Counted from the stretch's first letter, positions 49,053 through 59,107 are shown. The stretch: 64,000 bases of DNA from Actinomycetota bacterium (GCA_041190885.1 JBEEPX010000099.1:684-64683), one strand, 5' to 3'. Translations and numbers: made by a program. The notes: a model not told the origin generated them from the letters alone.

Positions 49053-49739
49053 TTGCCTGATCTAGCCAGTCGTTATAACGAGGCGCAGCAGCGTGTTGCT
49101 GCGGCGGCCAAACAGGCTGGGCGAAGCGAGCTTGATGTCACACTGGTGGTAATCACCAAGAATCATCCGGCTCAATTGGTTTTGGACTTGCTCGATTTGG
49201 GAGCTCGTGATTTTGGTGAAAACCGAGACCAGGAGGCAGCGCCAAAGGCAGCAGAAGTAGCCGTTGCCTCAAACGAAGCCGCCAAGTGGCATTTCGTTGG
49301 TCAATTGCAGAGCAACAAGGCAAAGTCTGCCCTGTCCTACTCATCTGTTTTGCATTCGCTTGATCGAGAGTCGCTCCTTCAGTCGGTCGCAAAGATCACC
49401 CCGATGCGTGCTGCGCCGCTGGATGTTTTCATTCAGCTAAATCTCACCGATGATCCCGGTCGCGGTGGCATTCAACCAGAAAACCTAAGCGCCTTTGCCG
49501 AAAAGGTTTTGGCTGTCGAGGGCATCAATCTTCTGGGTGTCATGGGCGTAGCGGCGCTTGATCGTGCGCCCGAAATTGATTTCGAAACCATCGCCAGCTG
49601 CAGCGCCGAGCTTCAAAAGCTTCACGCGAGCGCCAAGTTCATATCTGCTGGCATGTCTGGAGATTTCGAGAAGGCCATCTCGTTCGGAGCGACACACGTT
49701 CGCATTGGCACCGCAATCACGGGAAATCGCCAGTACTAG
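49053..49739 (+). CDS. yggS: PLP homeostasis protein YggS/PROSC
   Basis: ITK, FGENR, WHFVGQLQSNK, SAGMSGD and GATHVRIGT. Confidence 0.96.
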   Translation: MPDLASRYNEAQQRVAAAAKQAGRSELDVTLVVITKNHPAQLVLDLLDLGARDFGENRDQEAAPKAAEVAVASNEAAKWHFVGQLQSNKAKSALSYSSVLHSLDRESLLQSVAKITPMRAAPLDVFIQLNLTDDPGRGGIQPENLSAFAEKVLAVEGINLLGVMGVAALDRAPEIDFETIASCSAELQKLHASAKFISAGMSGDFEKAISFGATHVRIGTAITGNRQY

Positions 49740-49780
49740 CCATATTCTGAACTCAATAAGGTTTTTCATCGGAGGTAAAA

Positions 49781-50212
49781 ATGGCTGGAATCTTCTCTTC
49801 AGTTAGCGAATGGCTAGGCATGGGTGGCGAAGGCGACCAGGCTCCGGCACGTCCGGCGGCAGTTAGCAGCCCAGCTGGCGAACAGCGACCAGCTCGCATC
49901 ACACCGATGCGCCCACGTCGCGGTGCGACCGAGGTCAACGAGATCTACACGATCGAACCTAAGACCTACGCAGAAGCCCCAGAGGTAGCTGCGAACTACC
50001 GAATCGGCATCCCGGTTATTGTCAACATGGGCGACATGTCTGAAGCCGACTCGAAGCGCATGCTTGACTTCATGCTCGGCCTCAAAGAAGGTCTTGAAGG
50101 TCACATGAAGCGTGTCACTCCTAAGGTCTTCCTACTGACCCCAAACCACGTTTTGGTCAATGACGAAGAAGAGGCAGAGCCTCAGACCGACGACCTCCTC
50201 GTTCGTCCGTAA
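49781..50212 (+). CDS. sepF: Cell division protein SepF
   Basis: P.TY.EA..V...YR.GIPVIVN, KRMLDF..GL and VFLLTP; GGAGG SD. Confidence 0.93.
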   Translation: MAGIFSSVSEWLGMGGEGDQAPARPAAVSSPAGEQRPARITPMRPRRGATEVNEIYTIEPKTYAEAPEVAANYRIGIPVIVNMGDMSEADSKRMLDFMLGLKEGLEGHMKRVTPKVFLLTPNHVLVNDEEEAEPQTDDLLVRP

Positions 50213-50225
50213 TTAGGTTTTCGAA

Positions 50226-50513
50226 ATGGGCCTGGTCGCACTCGTAATTTGGTGGGTGCTCCAGGTCTTTTTCTTTGCCATGATCGGCCGCCTCTTCATC
50301 GATTTGGCACTTTCGGTTAATCGCGGCTGGCGACCAAAAGGTTTCATCTTGGTGATCGTTGAGTCAGTGCTCACCGTCACCGATCCAGTCATAAAAACCG
50401 TGCGCAGATTCATCCCGCCGTTGCGAATTGGCATGATTCAGTTTGATCTCGGATGGACTCTAATCGTGTTGGCGATTTTCTTCCTTCAGAGCCTGGCAAA
50501 ACAGATCGCTTAA
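50226..50513 (+). CDS. yggT: YggT/YlmG (SepG) membrane protein
   Basis: TVTDP.IK..RRFIPPLRIG...DL; after sepF. Confidence 0.93.
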   Translation: MGLVALVIWWVLQVFFFAMIGRLFIDLALSVNRGWRPKGFILVIVESVLTVTDPVIKTVRRFIPPLRIGMIQFDLGWTLIVLAIFFLQSLAKQIA

Positions 50514-50623
50514 TCCCACATTTTGGGCGTTCAAGTTTTCTTTGAGTGGGCGACTGGGGTAACCTTTTCCTTACCTGCCAGTTAGACACTGCTGCGGGCC
50601 AAGACTAAAACGAGGTAAGCGCT

Positions 50624-51406
50624 ATGCCTTTGACTCCAGAAGACGTTGTCAATAAGAGATTCCAGCCAACCAAATTCCGCGAAGGCTACGACCAAGATGA
50701 GGTCGATGACTTTCTCGATGAAATCGTGGTTGAGCTGCGACGTCTTGGCCAGGAAAACGAAGACCTACGTCAGCGCCTACTAGCCTCTGAGTCGCGCATC
50801 GCAGAGCTGCAGCGCAGCGGAGCGGGTATGGCCGAGCAGTTGACCGGCGCCGTCGACACTGGCTCGACTCCTGTTGTTCCGGTGGTTGCTACCAGCAGCT
50901 TCCCTGAAGCAACCCAGGACCCATCGACTCTCGACACCAACAACACCAACAACTTGCTGCAGCTTGCTCGCAAGCTCCACGAGGAGCACGTTCGCGAAGG
51001 TCTTGCCAAGCGCGACGCACTTATTGCCGAAGGTCACGCGACCGCCGCCCGTGTGGTTCGCGAAGCCGAGGCTCAGCAGCGTGCCGACATGAGCCGCCTA
51101 GAGCAAGACAAGGCCCTTATTGAGCACAGTATTCAAGAGTTGAAGAGCTTCGAGCGCGAATACAGAATCAAGTTGCGCAGCTACATTCAGGGTCAACTAG
51201 ACGACCTAGAAGACGCCGAATCAACGGCTCCGACTGCTCCTTCGGCACCCGAGCTCGGCTACGGATCGGCTCAGCCATTTGCCCAGCAGCCAACCACTCA
51301 ACCAAACCCAGGTTTCGGGGCTAACCCATCATTCGGAGCGGCGCCGTTCAATCCAAATGGTTTTGGGGCGACAGATCCAAACACCGGCTACGGCTACGAC
51401 GACTAA
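50624..51406 (+). CDS. divIVA: DivIVA/Wag31 polar growth protein
   Basis: MPLTPEDVVNKRF...REGYDQDEVDDFLDE; coiled coils; FEREYR..L.SY. Confidence 0.97.
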   Translation: MPLTPEDVVNKRFQPTKFREGYDQDEVDDFLDEIVVELRRLGQENEDLRQRLLASESRIAELQRSGAGMAEQLTGAVDTGSTPVVPVVATSSFPEATQDPSTLDTNNTNNLLQLARKLHEEHVREGLAKRDALIAEGHATAARVVREAEAQQRADMSRLEQDKALIEHSIQELKSFEREYRIKLRSYIQGQLDDLEDAESTAPTAPSAPELGYGSAQPFAQQPTTQPNPGFGANPSFGAAPFNPNGFGATDPNTGYGYDD

Positions 51407-51409
51407 AAA

Positions 51410-51907
51410 TTGAGTCGCCGAGATTCTATTAAGCGTCAGATCTGGTTTCTTGCTCTAGCCTGGTCGGTGCTTGCCATCGATCAATTTTCGAAGAACCTAG
51501 CCATCCAAAATCTGGCATTTGCAACTCCGGTGGCGGTGATTCCAGGTCTGTTGAATTTCACACTTCTCTACAACGACTCGGCCGCTTTTTCTCTGGGCGG
51601 CGGGGCCACTTGGATTTTCAGCATCATCTCTAGCATCGCGACACTCGTTATTCTTTGGCTTTCGAGAAAAATCGAAACCACCTCTTGGGCGATTATGGCC
51701 GGCATCCTGCTTGGCGGTGTGGTTGGCAACCTGGTCGACCGACTTACCCGTTATCCGGGCTTTGGGGTCGGAAAAGTTGTTGATTTCCTGCAGCTACCGT
51801 TTGGCTTCCCAGTGTTCAACATCGCAGATTCGGCGATTGTGATCATCTCAATCGTGACCGTGATTCGGGTCTTGCGTGGCGAAACCATCGGTCGCAAGAG
51901 CGCATGA
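51410..51907 (+). CDS. lspA: Lipoprotein signal peptidase II
   Basis: DQFSK, N..AAFS, GNLVDR, VVDFL and FNIAD. Confidence 0.97.
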   Translation: MSRRDSIKRQIWFLALAWSVLAIDQFSKNLAIQNLAFATPVAVIPGLLNFTLLYNDSAAFSLGGGATWIFSIISSIATLVILWLSRKIETTSWAIMAGILLGGVVGNLVDRLTRYPGFGVGKVVDFLQLPFGFPVFNIADSAIVIISIVTVIRVLRGETIGRKSA

Positions 51908-52827
51908 ACGAAACCAAGCTACTTCCGGTTCCCGAGAGCCTAGTCGGCGAGCGGGTCGATGCCGGCGTCGCTAAACTGATGGGTCTCTCGCGCAACGCGG
52001 TTGCCGATATGGTCGTCGACGGCCTAGTGCAGATGAACGGCAAGGTGGTTGGCAAATCTGACCGTCTGGCCGCGGGTGCCTTTTTAGAGGTTTCTCTGCC
52101 AAAGCCCAAGAACCACCTCGAGATCATCCCGGTCGAGGTTGAAGGCTTCAAAATCATTTACCAGGATGCCGACATAGTGGTAATCGACAAGCCGGCCGGC
52201 GTTGCCTCGCATCCGTCGGTCGGCTGGGATGGCCCAACGGTACCCGGTGCACTGCTCGCGCTCGGAATTCAAATCAGCACCTCTGGGGCTCAAGAGCGTC
52301 AGGGAATCGTTCAGCGACTCGACGTTGGAACCAGCGGTTTGATGACTCTGGCCAAATCTGAAGTGGCCTACTCTCGCTTGAAGCAGGCGTTTCGAGATCG
52401 TGCTGTCCACAAGATTTACCACGCTGTCATTCAGGGGCATCCTGATCCTCTGGCCGGTACCTTTGACGCTCCGATCGGTCGACACCCGAAGGCGGAATTC
52501 AAATTCGCGGTGATGAATGAGGGAAAGCACTCGGTGACCCACTACGAAACTCTCGAGGCTTTTCCAGCCGCCTCGCTGGTAGAGGTCAACCTCGAGACCG
52601 GCAGAACCCACCAAATTCGCGTTCACTTTTCCGCTTTTCGTCATCCGCTGGTTGGTGACACCATGTATGGGGCCGACCCAAAGCTGGCTGCCAAGTTGGG
52701 GCTAGATCGACAGTGGCTTCACGCGGTCAGGCTCAGTTTTGAGCATCCAACCTCGGGGGAGACGGTCTCGTTTGAGAGCTCATATCCCGCCGAGTTGCAG
52801 CATGCTCTAAGCGTTCTGCGCAGTTAG
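51904..52827 (+). CDS. rluD: RluA/RluD family pseudouridine synthase
   Basis: S4 domain; [29 protein letters not shown] and LHA. Confidence 0.9.
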   Translation: MNETKLLPVPESLVGERVDAGVAKLMGLSRNAVADMVVDGLVQMNGKVVGKSDRLAAGAFLEVSLPKPKNHLEIIPVEVEGFKIIYQDADIVVIDKPAGVASHPSVGWDGPTVPGALLALGIQISTSGAQERQGIVQRLDVGTSGLMTLAKSEVAYSRLKQAFRDRAVHKIYHAVIQGHPDPLAGTFDAPIGRHPKAEFKFAVMNEGKHSVTHYETLEAFPAASLVEVNLETGRTHQIRVHFSAFRHPLVGDTMYGADPKLAAKLGLDRQWLHAVRLSFEHPTSGETVSFESSYPAELQHALSVLRS

Positions 52828-52863
52828 GCTTAACACCCACCCCCACGAAAGGAGCAATAGACC

Positions 52864-55800
52864 ATGTCTAAAGACTCCTTCGTACACCTGCACGTTCATA
52901 CCGAGTATTCGATGCTCGATGGCGCCGCCCGTATCAAGCCTCTGATTGAAGAGGTCGCCGCGCAGGGCATGCCCGCAATCGGCATCAGCGACCACGGCAA
53001 CAATCACGGTGCCTTTGACTTCTTCAAAACTGCGAAGTCCGCCGGCGTAAAACCAATCATCGGCATCGAGGCATACCTTTCACCGGGCACCGCAAGACAA
53101 GACCGAACTCGAGTCAAGTGGGCAACTAGCCCTGACATCGATGGCGATGTCTCTGGTGGTGGTGCCTACACTCACATGACGATGTTCGCCGAGAACACCG
53201 CGGGCATGTACAACCTATTCCGAATGTCATCAAAGGCTTGGCTAGACGGCTATTACTTCAAGCCGCGAATGGACCGTGAGCTTCTAAACACCTATGGCAA
53301 GGGCATCATTGCCACCACCGGATGTGTCTCGGGTGAGATTCAGACTCGTCTTCGCCTGGGTCAGTATGACGAGGCAAAAAAGGCAGCCGCAGAGTTTCAA
53401 GACATTTTCGGCAAAGAGAATTTCTTCGCCGAAATCATGGACCACGGCCTCGAGATCGAGCGTCGCACGATGGCGGATTTGCTGAAGTTGGCCAAAGAGC
53501 TAGACATGCCGCTTTTGGCGACCAACGACTTGCACTACACCCACGCCGGCGACGCTGCGGCACACGAGGCGCTGCTTTGCGTTCAGTCGGGTTCGACACT
53601 GATCGACCCGACCCGATTCAAATTTGATTCCCAGGAGTTTTATCTAAAGACCCCGGCGCAAATGCGAGCACTTTTTGCCGATCATCCCGAGGCTTGTGAC
53701 AACACGTTGCTGATTGCCGAGCGCTGCGAGGTGGAGTTCGTCGAACGTGAGTTGATGCCACGTTTCCCGGTTCCGGAGGGGCACACAGAAGCAAGCTGGT
53801 TTGAGCAAGAAGTGGCCGCCGGCATGGACCGCCGCTACAAGGGTGAGATTCCCGAGGCACAAGCCAAGCAGGTCTCTTACGAGGTTGAAGTCATCAAGCA
53901 AATGGGTTTCCCGGGCTACTTCTTGGTGGTCGCAGACTTCATTGCCTGGGCAAGGGCTCAGGGAATCCGTGTTGGTCCAGGTCGTGGTTCGGCTGCGGGC
54001 TCGATCGTCGCCTACGCGCTTGGCATCACCGAGCTAGACCCGGTAAAGCACGGCCTCATCTTTGAGCGTTTTTTGAACCCCGAACGTGTTTCGATGCCTG
54101 ATATCGATGTTGACTTCGATGACCGCAGGCGCGGCGAAGTCATTCGCTACGTGTCTGACAAGTACGGCGATGACCGAGTGGCTCAGATCGTTACCTTCGG
54201 CACCATCAAGGCAAAGCAGGCTCTCAAGGATGCGGGCCGCGTTTTGGCAATGCCTTACTCCGTCGGTGAAAAGCTCACCAAGGCCATGCCGCCAATGGTG
54301 CTTGGTCGAGACATTGCGCTCAACGACCTAATCGACAAAAAGTCCGAGCGCTACAAAGAGGCTCAAGACTTCCGTGACCTAATCGAGGGCGATGAAGATT
54401 CATCCAAGGTTTTCGAGCTGGCTCAGGGCCTTGAATCCCTAAAGCGTCAGTGGGGTGTTCACGCTGCCGGCGTGATCATGTCAGCCGAGCCACTCATCGA
54501 CGTGATTCCGATCATGAAACGCGAAGATGATGGCGCAATCATCACTCAGTTTGATCAGCCACCGTGTGAAAAACTCGGCCTGCTAAAAATGGACTTCTTG
54601 GGTCTTCGAAACCTCACGGTTCTCGATGACACCCTGGCCAACATCAAGTCGAACCGCGGCGAGACCGTCGTTCTTGAAGATCTTGATCTTGATTCAGACG
54701 AAGCTACCTTTGAACTGCTTTCTCGTGGTGACACGCTGGGTGTGTTCCAACTCGATGGCAATGCGATGCGATCGCTGCTGCGACTCCTAAAGCCAACCCT
54801 GTTCGAGCACATCTCGGCTGTTATCGCGCTCTACCGCCCTGGCCCGATGGGTATGAACTCGCACACCAACTATGCTCTGCGCAAAAACGGGTTGCAAGAG
54901 GTCGATTCGGTTCACGAAGAACTATCTGAGTCGCTGTCTGAGGTGCTTGACCCAACCTATGGGCTAATTGTTTACCAAGAGCAGGTAATGGCCGCAGCTC
55001 AAAAGGCAGCCGGCTTCACGCTTGGTAAAGCCGACCTATTGCGCCGAGCAATGGGTAAGAAAAACAAAGAAGAGCTAGACAAGCAGTACGAGGGCTTTTC
55101 CGACGGCATGAAGGCAAACGGCTACTCCGAGGCCGCAATCAAAGCTCTCTGGGACACCCTGCTTCCTTTTGCCGACTACGCCTTCAACCGTGCGCACAGC
55201 GCAGCCTACGGTGTGCTTTCCTATTGGACCGCCTACCTGAAGGCGAACTATCCTTCCGAATACATGGCCGCACTGCTCACCTCGGTCGGCGACTCTAAAG
55301 ACAAGCTCGGTCTTTACCTTTCGGAATGTCGACGTATGGGCATCAACGTGCTTGCCCCAGACGTCAACGAATCGATCGCGGCATTTAGCGCGGTTGGTAA
55401 AGACATCCGATTTGGTCTGGGAGCGGTTCGAAACGTCGGCCTGAACGTCGTCGAGGGCATCGCCAAGGCCAGGGCTGAGAAGGGTCGATTCACTTCGTTC
55501 CACGACTTCCTGCGCAAGGTTCCGGCGATCGTTTGCTCGAAGCGCGTGATCGAATCCTTGATCAAGGCCGGTGCCTTTGACAGCCTCGGAAATACCAGGC
55601 GATCGCTCATCGAAATCCATGAGGAGGCCGTCGACGCTCAGGCTTCGCTCAAACGCAATGAGGCCGTGGGCCAGGTAGACCTATTCGGTTCACTTTTTGA
55701 TGATGTCGGTATTGAAGACAGCATTGGCGGCTCGGTGCCAGATCGCCCCGAGTGGCCCAAGAAAGAAAAGCTTGCTCACGAGCGAGACATGCTCGGGCTA

Positions 55801-56388
55801 TACGTGAGCGATCACCCTCTGGCCGGTCGCGAGGCGCAGTTGGCGAGGTATTCAGAGCGAACCATCACCGAGATCGCCTCTGCCGAGAATATCGCCGACG
55901 GAGAGACAGTGACTGTGGCCGGTTTGGTTACCTCGGTTCAGCACAAGGTGGCCAGAGCCTCCGGCAACCCATACGGAGCGGTCGTTCTCGAGGATTTCGA
56001 AGGCGAAATCAACGTGATGTTGATGGGGAAGACCTACCAGGAGTTTGGTCGCAATCTCGAAACCGACCAGGTTGTTGTAGTGCGCGGGCGAATCAGTCAG
56101 CGCGATGACGGAAACAGTATCCACTGCTATTCAATCGAGACCATCGAAGCCGGGGCGGCTGAGCAAACTGGCCCGCTAATTATTCGATTGAATGAAACCG
56201 ACGCCAACCGAGAGACTCTCGAAGAGTTAGACCGCATCCTCAGAGTTCACGCGGGCAAACAAGAGGTTCAGGTTCGCCTGGTAAGTGGTGAAGGTGAGCG
56301 AATGTTCAAGTTGCAGCCCATGGTCGCAACCTCTAGTGACCTTTACGGTGAGCTGAAGGTCTTGCTTGGCGCTAGCTGCCTGGGTTAA
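52864..56388 (+). CDS. dnaE: DNA polymerase III alpha subunit (DnaE1)
   Basis: PHP HLHVHTEYSMLDG, GPGRGSAAGS, FERFLNPERVSMPDIDVDF, KMDFLGL and YAFNRAHS; no intein seen. Confidence 0.99.
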   Translation: MSKDSFVHLHVHTEYSMLDGAARIKPLIEEVAAQGMPAIGISDHGNNHGAFDFFKTAKSAGVKPIIGIEAYLSPGTARQDRTRVKWATSPDIDGDVSGGGAYTHMTMFAENTAGMYNLFRMSSKAWLDGYYFKPRMDRELLNTYGKGIIATTGCVSGEIQTRLRLGQYDEAKKAAAEFQDIFGKENFFAEIMDHGLEIERRTMADLLKLAKELDMPLLATNDLHYTHAGDAAAHEALLCVQSGSTLIDPTRFKFDSQEFYLKTPAQMRALFADHPEACDNTLLIAERCEVEFVERELMPRFPVPEGHTEASWFEQEVAAGMDRRYKGEIPEAQAKQVSYEVEVIKQMGFPGYFLVVADFIAWARAQGIRVGPGRGSAAGSIVAYALGITELDPVKHGLIFERFLNPERVSMPDIDVDFDDRRRGEVIRYVSDKYGDDRVAQIVTFGTIKAKQALKDAGRVLAMPYSVGEKLTKAMPPMVLGRDIALNDLIDKKSERYKEAQDFRDLIEGDEDSSKVFELAQGLESLKRQWGVHAAGVIMSAEPLIDVIPIMKREDDGAIITQFDQPPCEKLGLLKMDFLGLRNLTVLDDTLANIKSNRGETVVLEDLDLDSDEATFELLSRGDTLGVFQLDGNAMRSLLRLLKPTLFEHISAVIALYRPGPMGMNSHTNYALRKNGLQEVDSVHEELSESLSEVLDPTYGLIVYQEQVMAAAQKAAGFTLGKADLLRRAMGKKNKEELDKQYEGFSDGMKANGYSEAAIKALWDTLLPFADYAFNRAHSAAYGVLSYWTAYLKANYPSEYMAALLTSVGDSKDKLGLYLSECRRMGINVLAPDVNESIAAFSAVGKDIRFGLGAVRNVGLNVVEGIAKARAEKGRFTSFHDFLRKVPAIVCSKRVIESLIKAGAFDSLGNTRRSLIEIHEEAVDAQASLKRNEAVGQVDLFGSLFDDVGIEDSIGGSVPDRPEWPKKEKLAHERDMLGLYVSDHPLAGREAQLARYSERTITEIASAENIADGETVTVAGLVTSVQHKVARASGNPYGAVVLEDFEGEINVMLMGKTYQEFGRNLETDQVVVVRGRISQRDDGNSIHCYSIETIEAGAAEQTGPLIIRLNETDANRETLEELDRILRVHAGKQEVQVRLVSGEGERMFKLQPMVATSSDLYGELKVLLGASCLG

Positions 56389-56900
56389 CCGGCGCTATTT
56401 AGTGCGCTGCCAGGGCTAAAGTACTGGCGCTGGCAGTAAAGCAAGGCATCATCTTGCTCGCCGAGAAGCCCTTCAAGGATGTCTACGATCACGACGGCGT
56501 TCGCCTCGATATTGACAATCTGACGAACCTTGGCAATCAGAATTGCGGTTGCGGCTGGAAAAACTGGCACTCCCATTGGGCCGATTGCCCAATCCTGAGG
56601 AACGAATCTTTGGGTGTGGTCGGCCGCCATGCGTGCAGCCAACTCAAGGTTGCGGGCGCCCAGGGTGTGAATGGCGACGTACTCGGCATTTTCGATGCTC
56701 GGCCAAGTGCTCGAGCCACGTGCCACGTTAAAGCTGGCCAGCGGCGGGTTTGCGCCGAGCGAGGTCATCGAGGTCGCGGTGAAGCCCACTGGAGAACCAT
56801 CAGCAGAAACGGTGGTGATCACCGAAACGCCCGAAGCATGGCGTCGAAAAGTTGCTCGAAGCGCTTCGATCGGATCTGTTTGTGGTTCTAAGTTGTGCAT
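56385..56900 (-). CDS. Flavin reductase family protein
   Basis: LRATFRRHASGVSVIT, GFTATS.TSL...PPL, GP.GVP and LLY....Y; between dnaE and hisD. Confidence 0.88.
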   Translation of the reverse strand: MHNLEPQTDPIEALRATFRRHASGVSVITTVSADGSPVGFTATSMTSLGANPPLASFNVARGSSTWPSIENAEYVAIHTLGARNLELAARMAADHTQRFVPQDWAIGPMGVPVFPAATAILIAKVRQIVNIEANAVVIVDILEGLLGEQDDALLYCQRQYFSPGSALNSAG

Positions 56901-56991
56901 TCATGGTCCTTTATGTACGTCTATCCAAGGATACCGAACCGCGTGCCACCATCCGAGCTTTACAATTGAGGGGATTTGACTGGAGGGTTTA

Positions 56992-58317
56992 ATGACGCAA
57001 GCGCAGGCTTTCGAGCTTCGTACCGTAGATTTGCGCGGTAAGTCTCTGACCAGTCACGAGTTAAATTTGGCGATACCTCGCGCGGCGATCGACATTTCTA
57101 AAGCCATCGAAATGATTTCCCCGCTCCTCGACGATGTTCGAGCTAGGGGAGAGGCTGCCGTAGTCGAAGTAACCAAGGAACGCGACGGGGTTGACCCCAG
57201 GCCAATCCTTGTTTCACAGAGCGAACTCAGCGAGGCGCTAAGCGCTCTCGATTCAGGCCTTCGCACCGCAATCGAGCAGGCCATTCTTCGAGTGCGCAAA
57301 GTCTCCGAGGCCAATCTTCCAGAAAACACCAGCGTTGAATTAGCTGCCGGAGCCAAGGTGCGCCAGCGCTGGCAGCCGGTCGATTCGGTGGGTCTGTATG
57401 TACCAGGAGGCAAAGCGGTCTACCCGTCGAGCGTCATCATGAACGTTGTTCCGGCTCAGGTGGCTGGCGTTCCTCGCCTCGCTGTGGCTTCGCCGGCTCA
57501 AAAGGAGTTCGGAGGTCGACCGCACCCGACAGTGCTCGCCACGGCAGCCCTGCTGGGCGTCGAGAGCGTCTACTGCATGGGTGGGCCAGCAGCAGTCGCT
57601 GCATTTGCGTTTGGTCTTCCGTCTGTCGGACTCGAACCGGTCAACCTGGTCACCGGGCCGGGAAACATCTTCGTTGCGGCTGCCAAACGCGCTCTGCGCG
57701 GCACGATCGGTATCGACTCTGAGGCGGGTACGACCGAAATCTTGATTTTGGCTGACGCGAGCGCCGATCCAAAGCTGATCGCCTATGACCTGGTTAGTCA
57801 AGCCGAGCACGACGAAGCCGCAGCATCGGTCTTGGTGACGGACTCGCCTGAGTTGGTCGCAGAGGTTTTGAAAGTGCTTCCAGCAATAGTCGAGGCCACG
57901 GCACACAGCGACCGAGTTTTGACTGCGCTGGCCGGTCAGCAGTCGGCGATTGTGTTAGTTGACGATGTTGAAGCGGCAATTAGGGTTTCCAACGACTATG
58001 CCACCGAGCACCTCGAGATTCACACCGTAGATAACGAGTCGGTGCTGCAAAAGATCACCAATGCCGGAGCAATCTTCATGGGCAACTATTCGCCGGTCAG
58101 TCTCGGCGACTACATGGCTGGTTCTTCCCACGTCCTGCCCACCGGTCAACAGGCTAAGTTTGGTTCCGGTCTGGGAGTGCACAGCTTCTTGCGTCCACAG
58201 CAAATCATTGATTACTCGCGCGAAGGCCTCGAGCCAATTGCGAAACTGGTGCAGAACTTTGCCAATGCCGAAGGTCTACCAGCTCACGGCGAGGCCGTTT
58301 CGGCGCGCTTCGAATAA
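56992..58317 (+). CDS. hisD: Histidinol dehydrogenase
   Basis: GLYVPGG, GPGN, IDSEAG.TE, SQAEHD, EHLE and GDY.AG.SHVLPT. Confidence 0.97.
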   Translation: MTQAQAFELRTVDLRGKSLTSHELNLAIPRAAIDISKAIEMISPLLDDVRARGEAAVVEVTKERDGVDPRPILVSQSELSEALSALDSGLRTAIEQAILRVRKVSEANLPENTSVELAAGAKVRQRWQPVDSVGLYVPGGKAVYPSSVIMNVVPAQVAGVPRLAVASPAQKEFGGRPHPTVLATAALLGVESVYCMGGPAAVAAFAFGLPSVGLEPVNLVTGPGNIFVAAAKRALRGTIGIDSEAGTTEILILADASADPKLIAYDLVSQAEHDEAAASVLVTDSPELVAEVLKVLPAIVEATAHSDRVLTALAGQQSAIVLVDDVEAAIRVSNDYATEHLEIHTVDNESVLQKITNAGAIFMGNYSPVSLGDYMAGSSHVLPTGQQAKFGSGLGVHSFLRPQQIIDYSREGLEPIAKLVQNFANAEGLPAHGEAVSARFE

Positions 58318-58449
58318 TTAATTCATTTATTAACTTTTGGGCACATTTGTGTCTTTTTGGCCATGTCGTTGCCAAAAAAACCCGTAAATTCAAGCAATTT
58401 TGACCGACACGCCGACCGCGGGTGAAATTTGCATCGTTTCGACCCAAAC

Positions 58450-58494
58450 CACAAGATATAGGGGTTGCACATAGAAAACTATCCACATCTAGTG
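58450..58494 (+). promoter_or_regulatory. Tandem NrdR boxes
   Basis: CACAAGATATAGGG (58450-58463) and ATCCACATCTAGTG (58481-58494), 31 bp apart, upstream of nrdR-nrdJ. Confidence 0.85.
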
Positions 58495-58511
58495 CAAAAA
58501 CAGGGTTTTTC

Positions 58512-58520
58512 TGTGGATAA
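58512..58520 (-). promoter_or_regulatory. Perfect DnaA box (TTATCCACA)
   Basis: TGTGGATAA on +; 1-mismatch boxes at 58479-58487 and 58533-58541. Confidence 0.7.
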
Positions 58521-58555
58521 CTAGCAAGAACTTGTGGAAAAGGGGAGGGAACTAC

Positions 58556-59038
58556 GTGCATTGCCCGTTTTGTCGTTACCCAGATTCAAGAGTGACCGAT
58601 TCACGAACCTCGGATGATGGTTCGTCGATCCGCCGCCGTCGCCAATGCCCAGAGTGCAACATGCGTTTCAGCACCACCGAAACAGCGAGTCTCACCGTGG
58701 TCAAGCGCAGTGGTGTGACTCAACAGTTCAGTCGAGACAAGATCGTCAACGGCGTGCGCAAGGCGTGCCAGGGACGTCCGGTCTCGGAATCAGACTTGGC
58801 GCTGTTGGCCCAAACCGTCGAAGAATCGGTTCGAGCCACCGGTGCCGCCCAGATCGAAGCCAATGACATTGGTCTAGCGATTCTGGAGCCGTTGCGAAAG
58901 CTTGACGAAGTTGCATTTATGCGCTTCGCGAGTGTTTACCAAGGATGGGAAACACTCGAAGATTTCGAAGCGGCAATAAGCGTCTTGAAGGTAAACCGAG
59001 ATTCTTCGGTTGCCTCATCGGGGGCAGTAAATCAATAG
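58556..59038 (+). CDS. nrdR: Transcriptional repressor NrdR
   Basis: [26 protein letters not shown] cone and RFASVY; GGAGG SD before GTG 58556. Confidence 0.98.
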   Translation: MHCPFCRYPDSRVTDSRTSDDGSSIRRRRQCPECNMRFSTTETASLTVVKRSGVTQQFSRDKIVNGVRKACQGRPVSESDLALLAQTVEESVRATGAAQIEANDIGLAILEPLRKLDEVAFMRFASVYQGWETLEDFEAAISVLKVNRDSSVASSGAVNQ

Positions 59039-59107
59039 CTTCGGCAACGCCTAGGCGCTACCAAAGATTTCAACAATTTCAGAACAACATCAACGAAAGG
59101 CAAAGCA

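Noticed and set aside
56901-56991. His leader peptide or attenuator before hisD
   Set aside because: No His-codon run and no terminator/antiterminator; a short divergent promoter region only.
58318-58545. AT-rich region with DnaA boxes as oriC
   Set aside because: Only about three boxes and no dnaA/dnaN nearby; better explained as the nrd promoter.
59039-59107. Cobalamin riboswitch before nrdJ
   Set aside because: The spacer is only 69 nt, A/C-rich, and lacks B12-box motifs.
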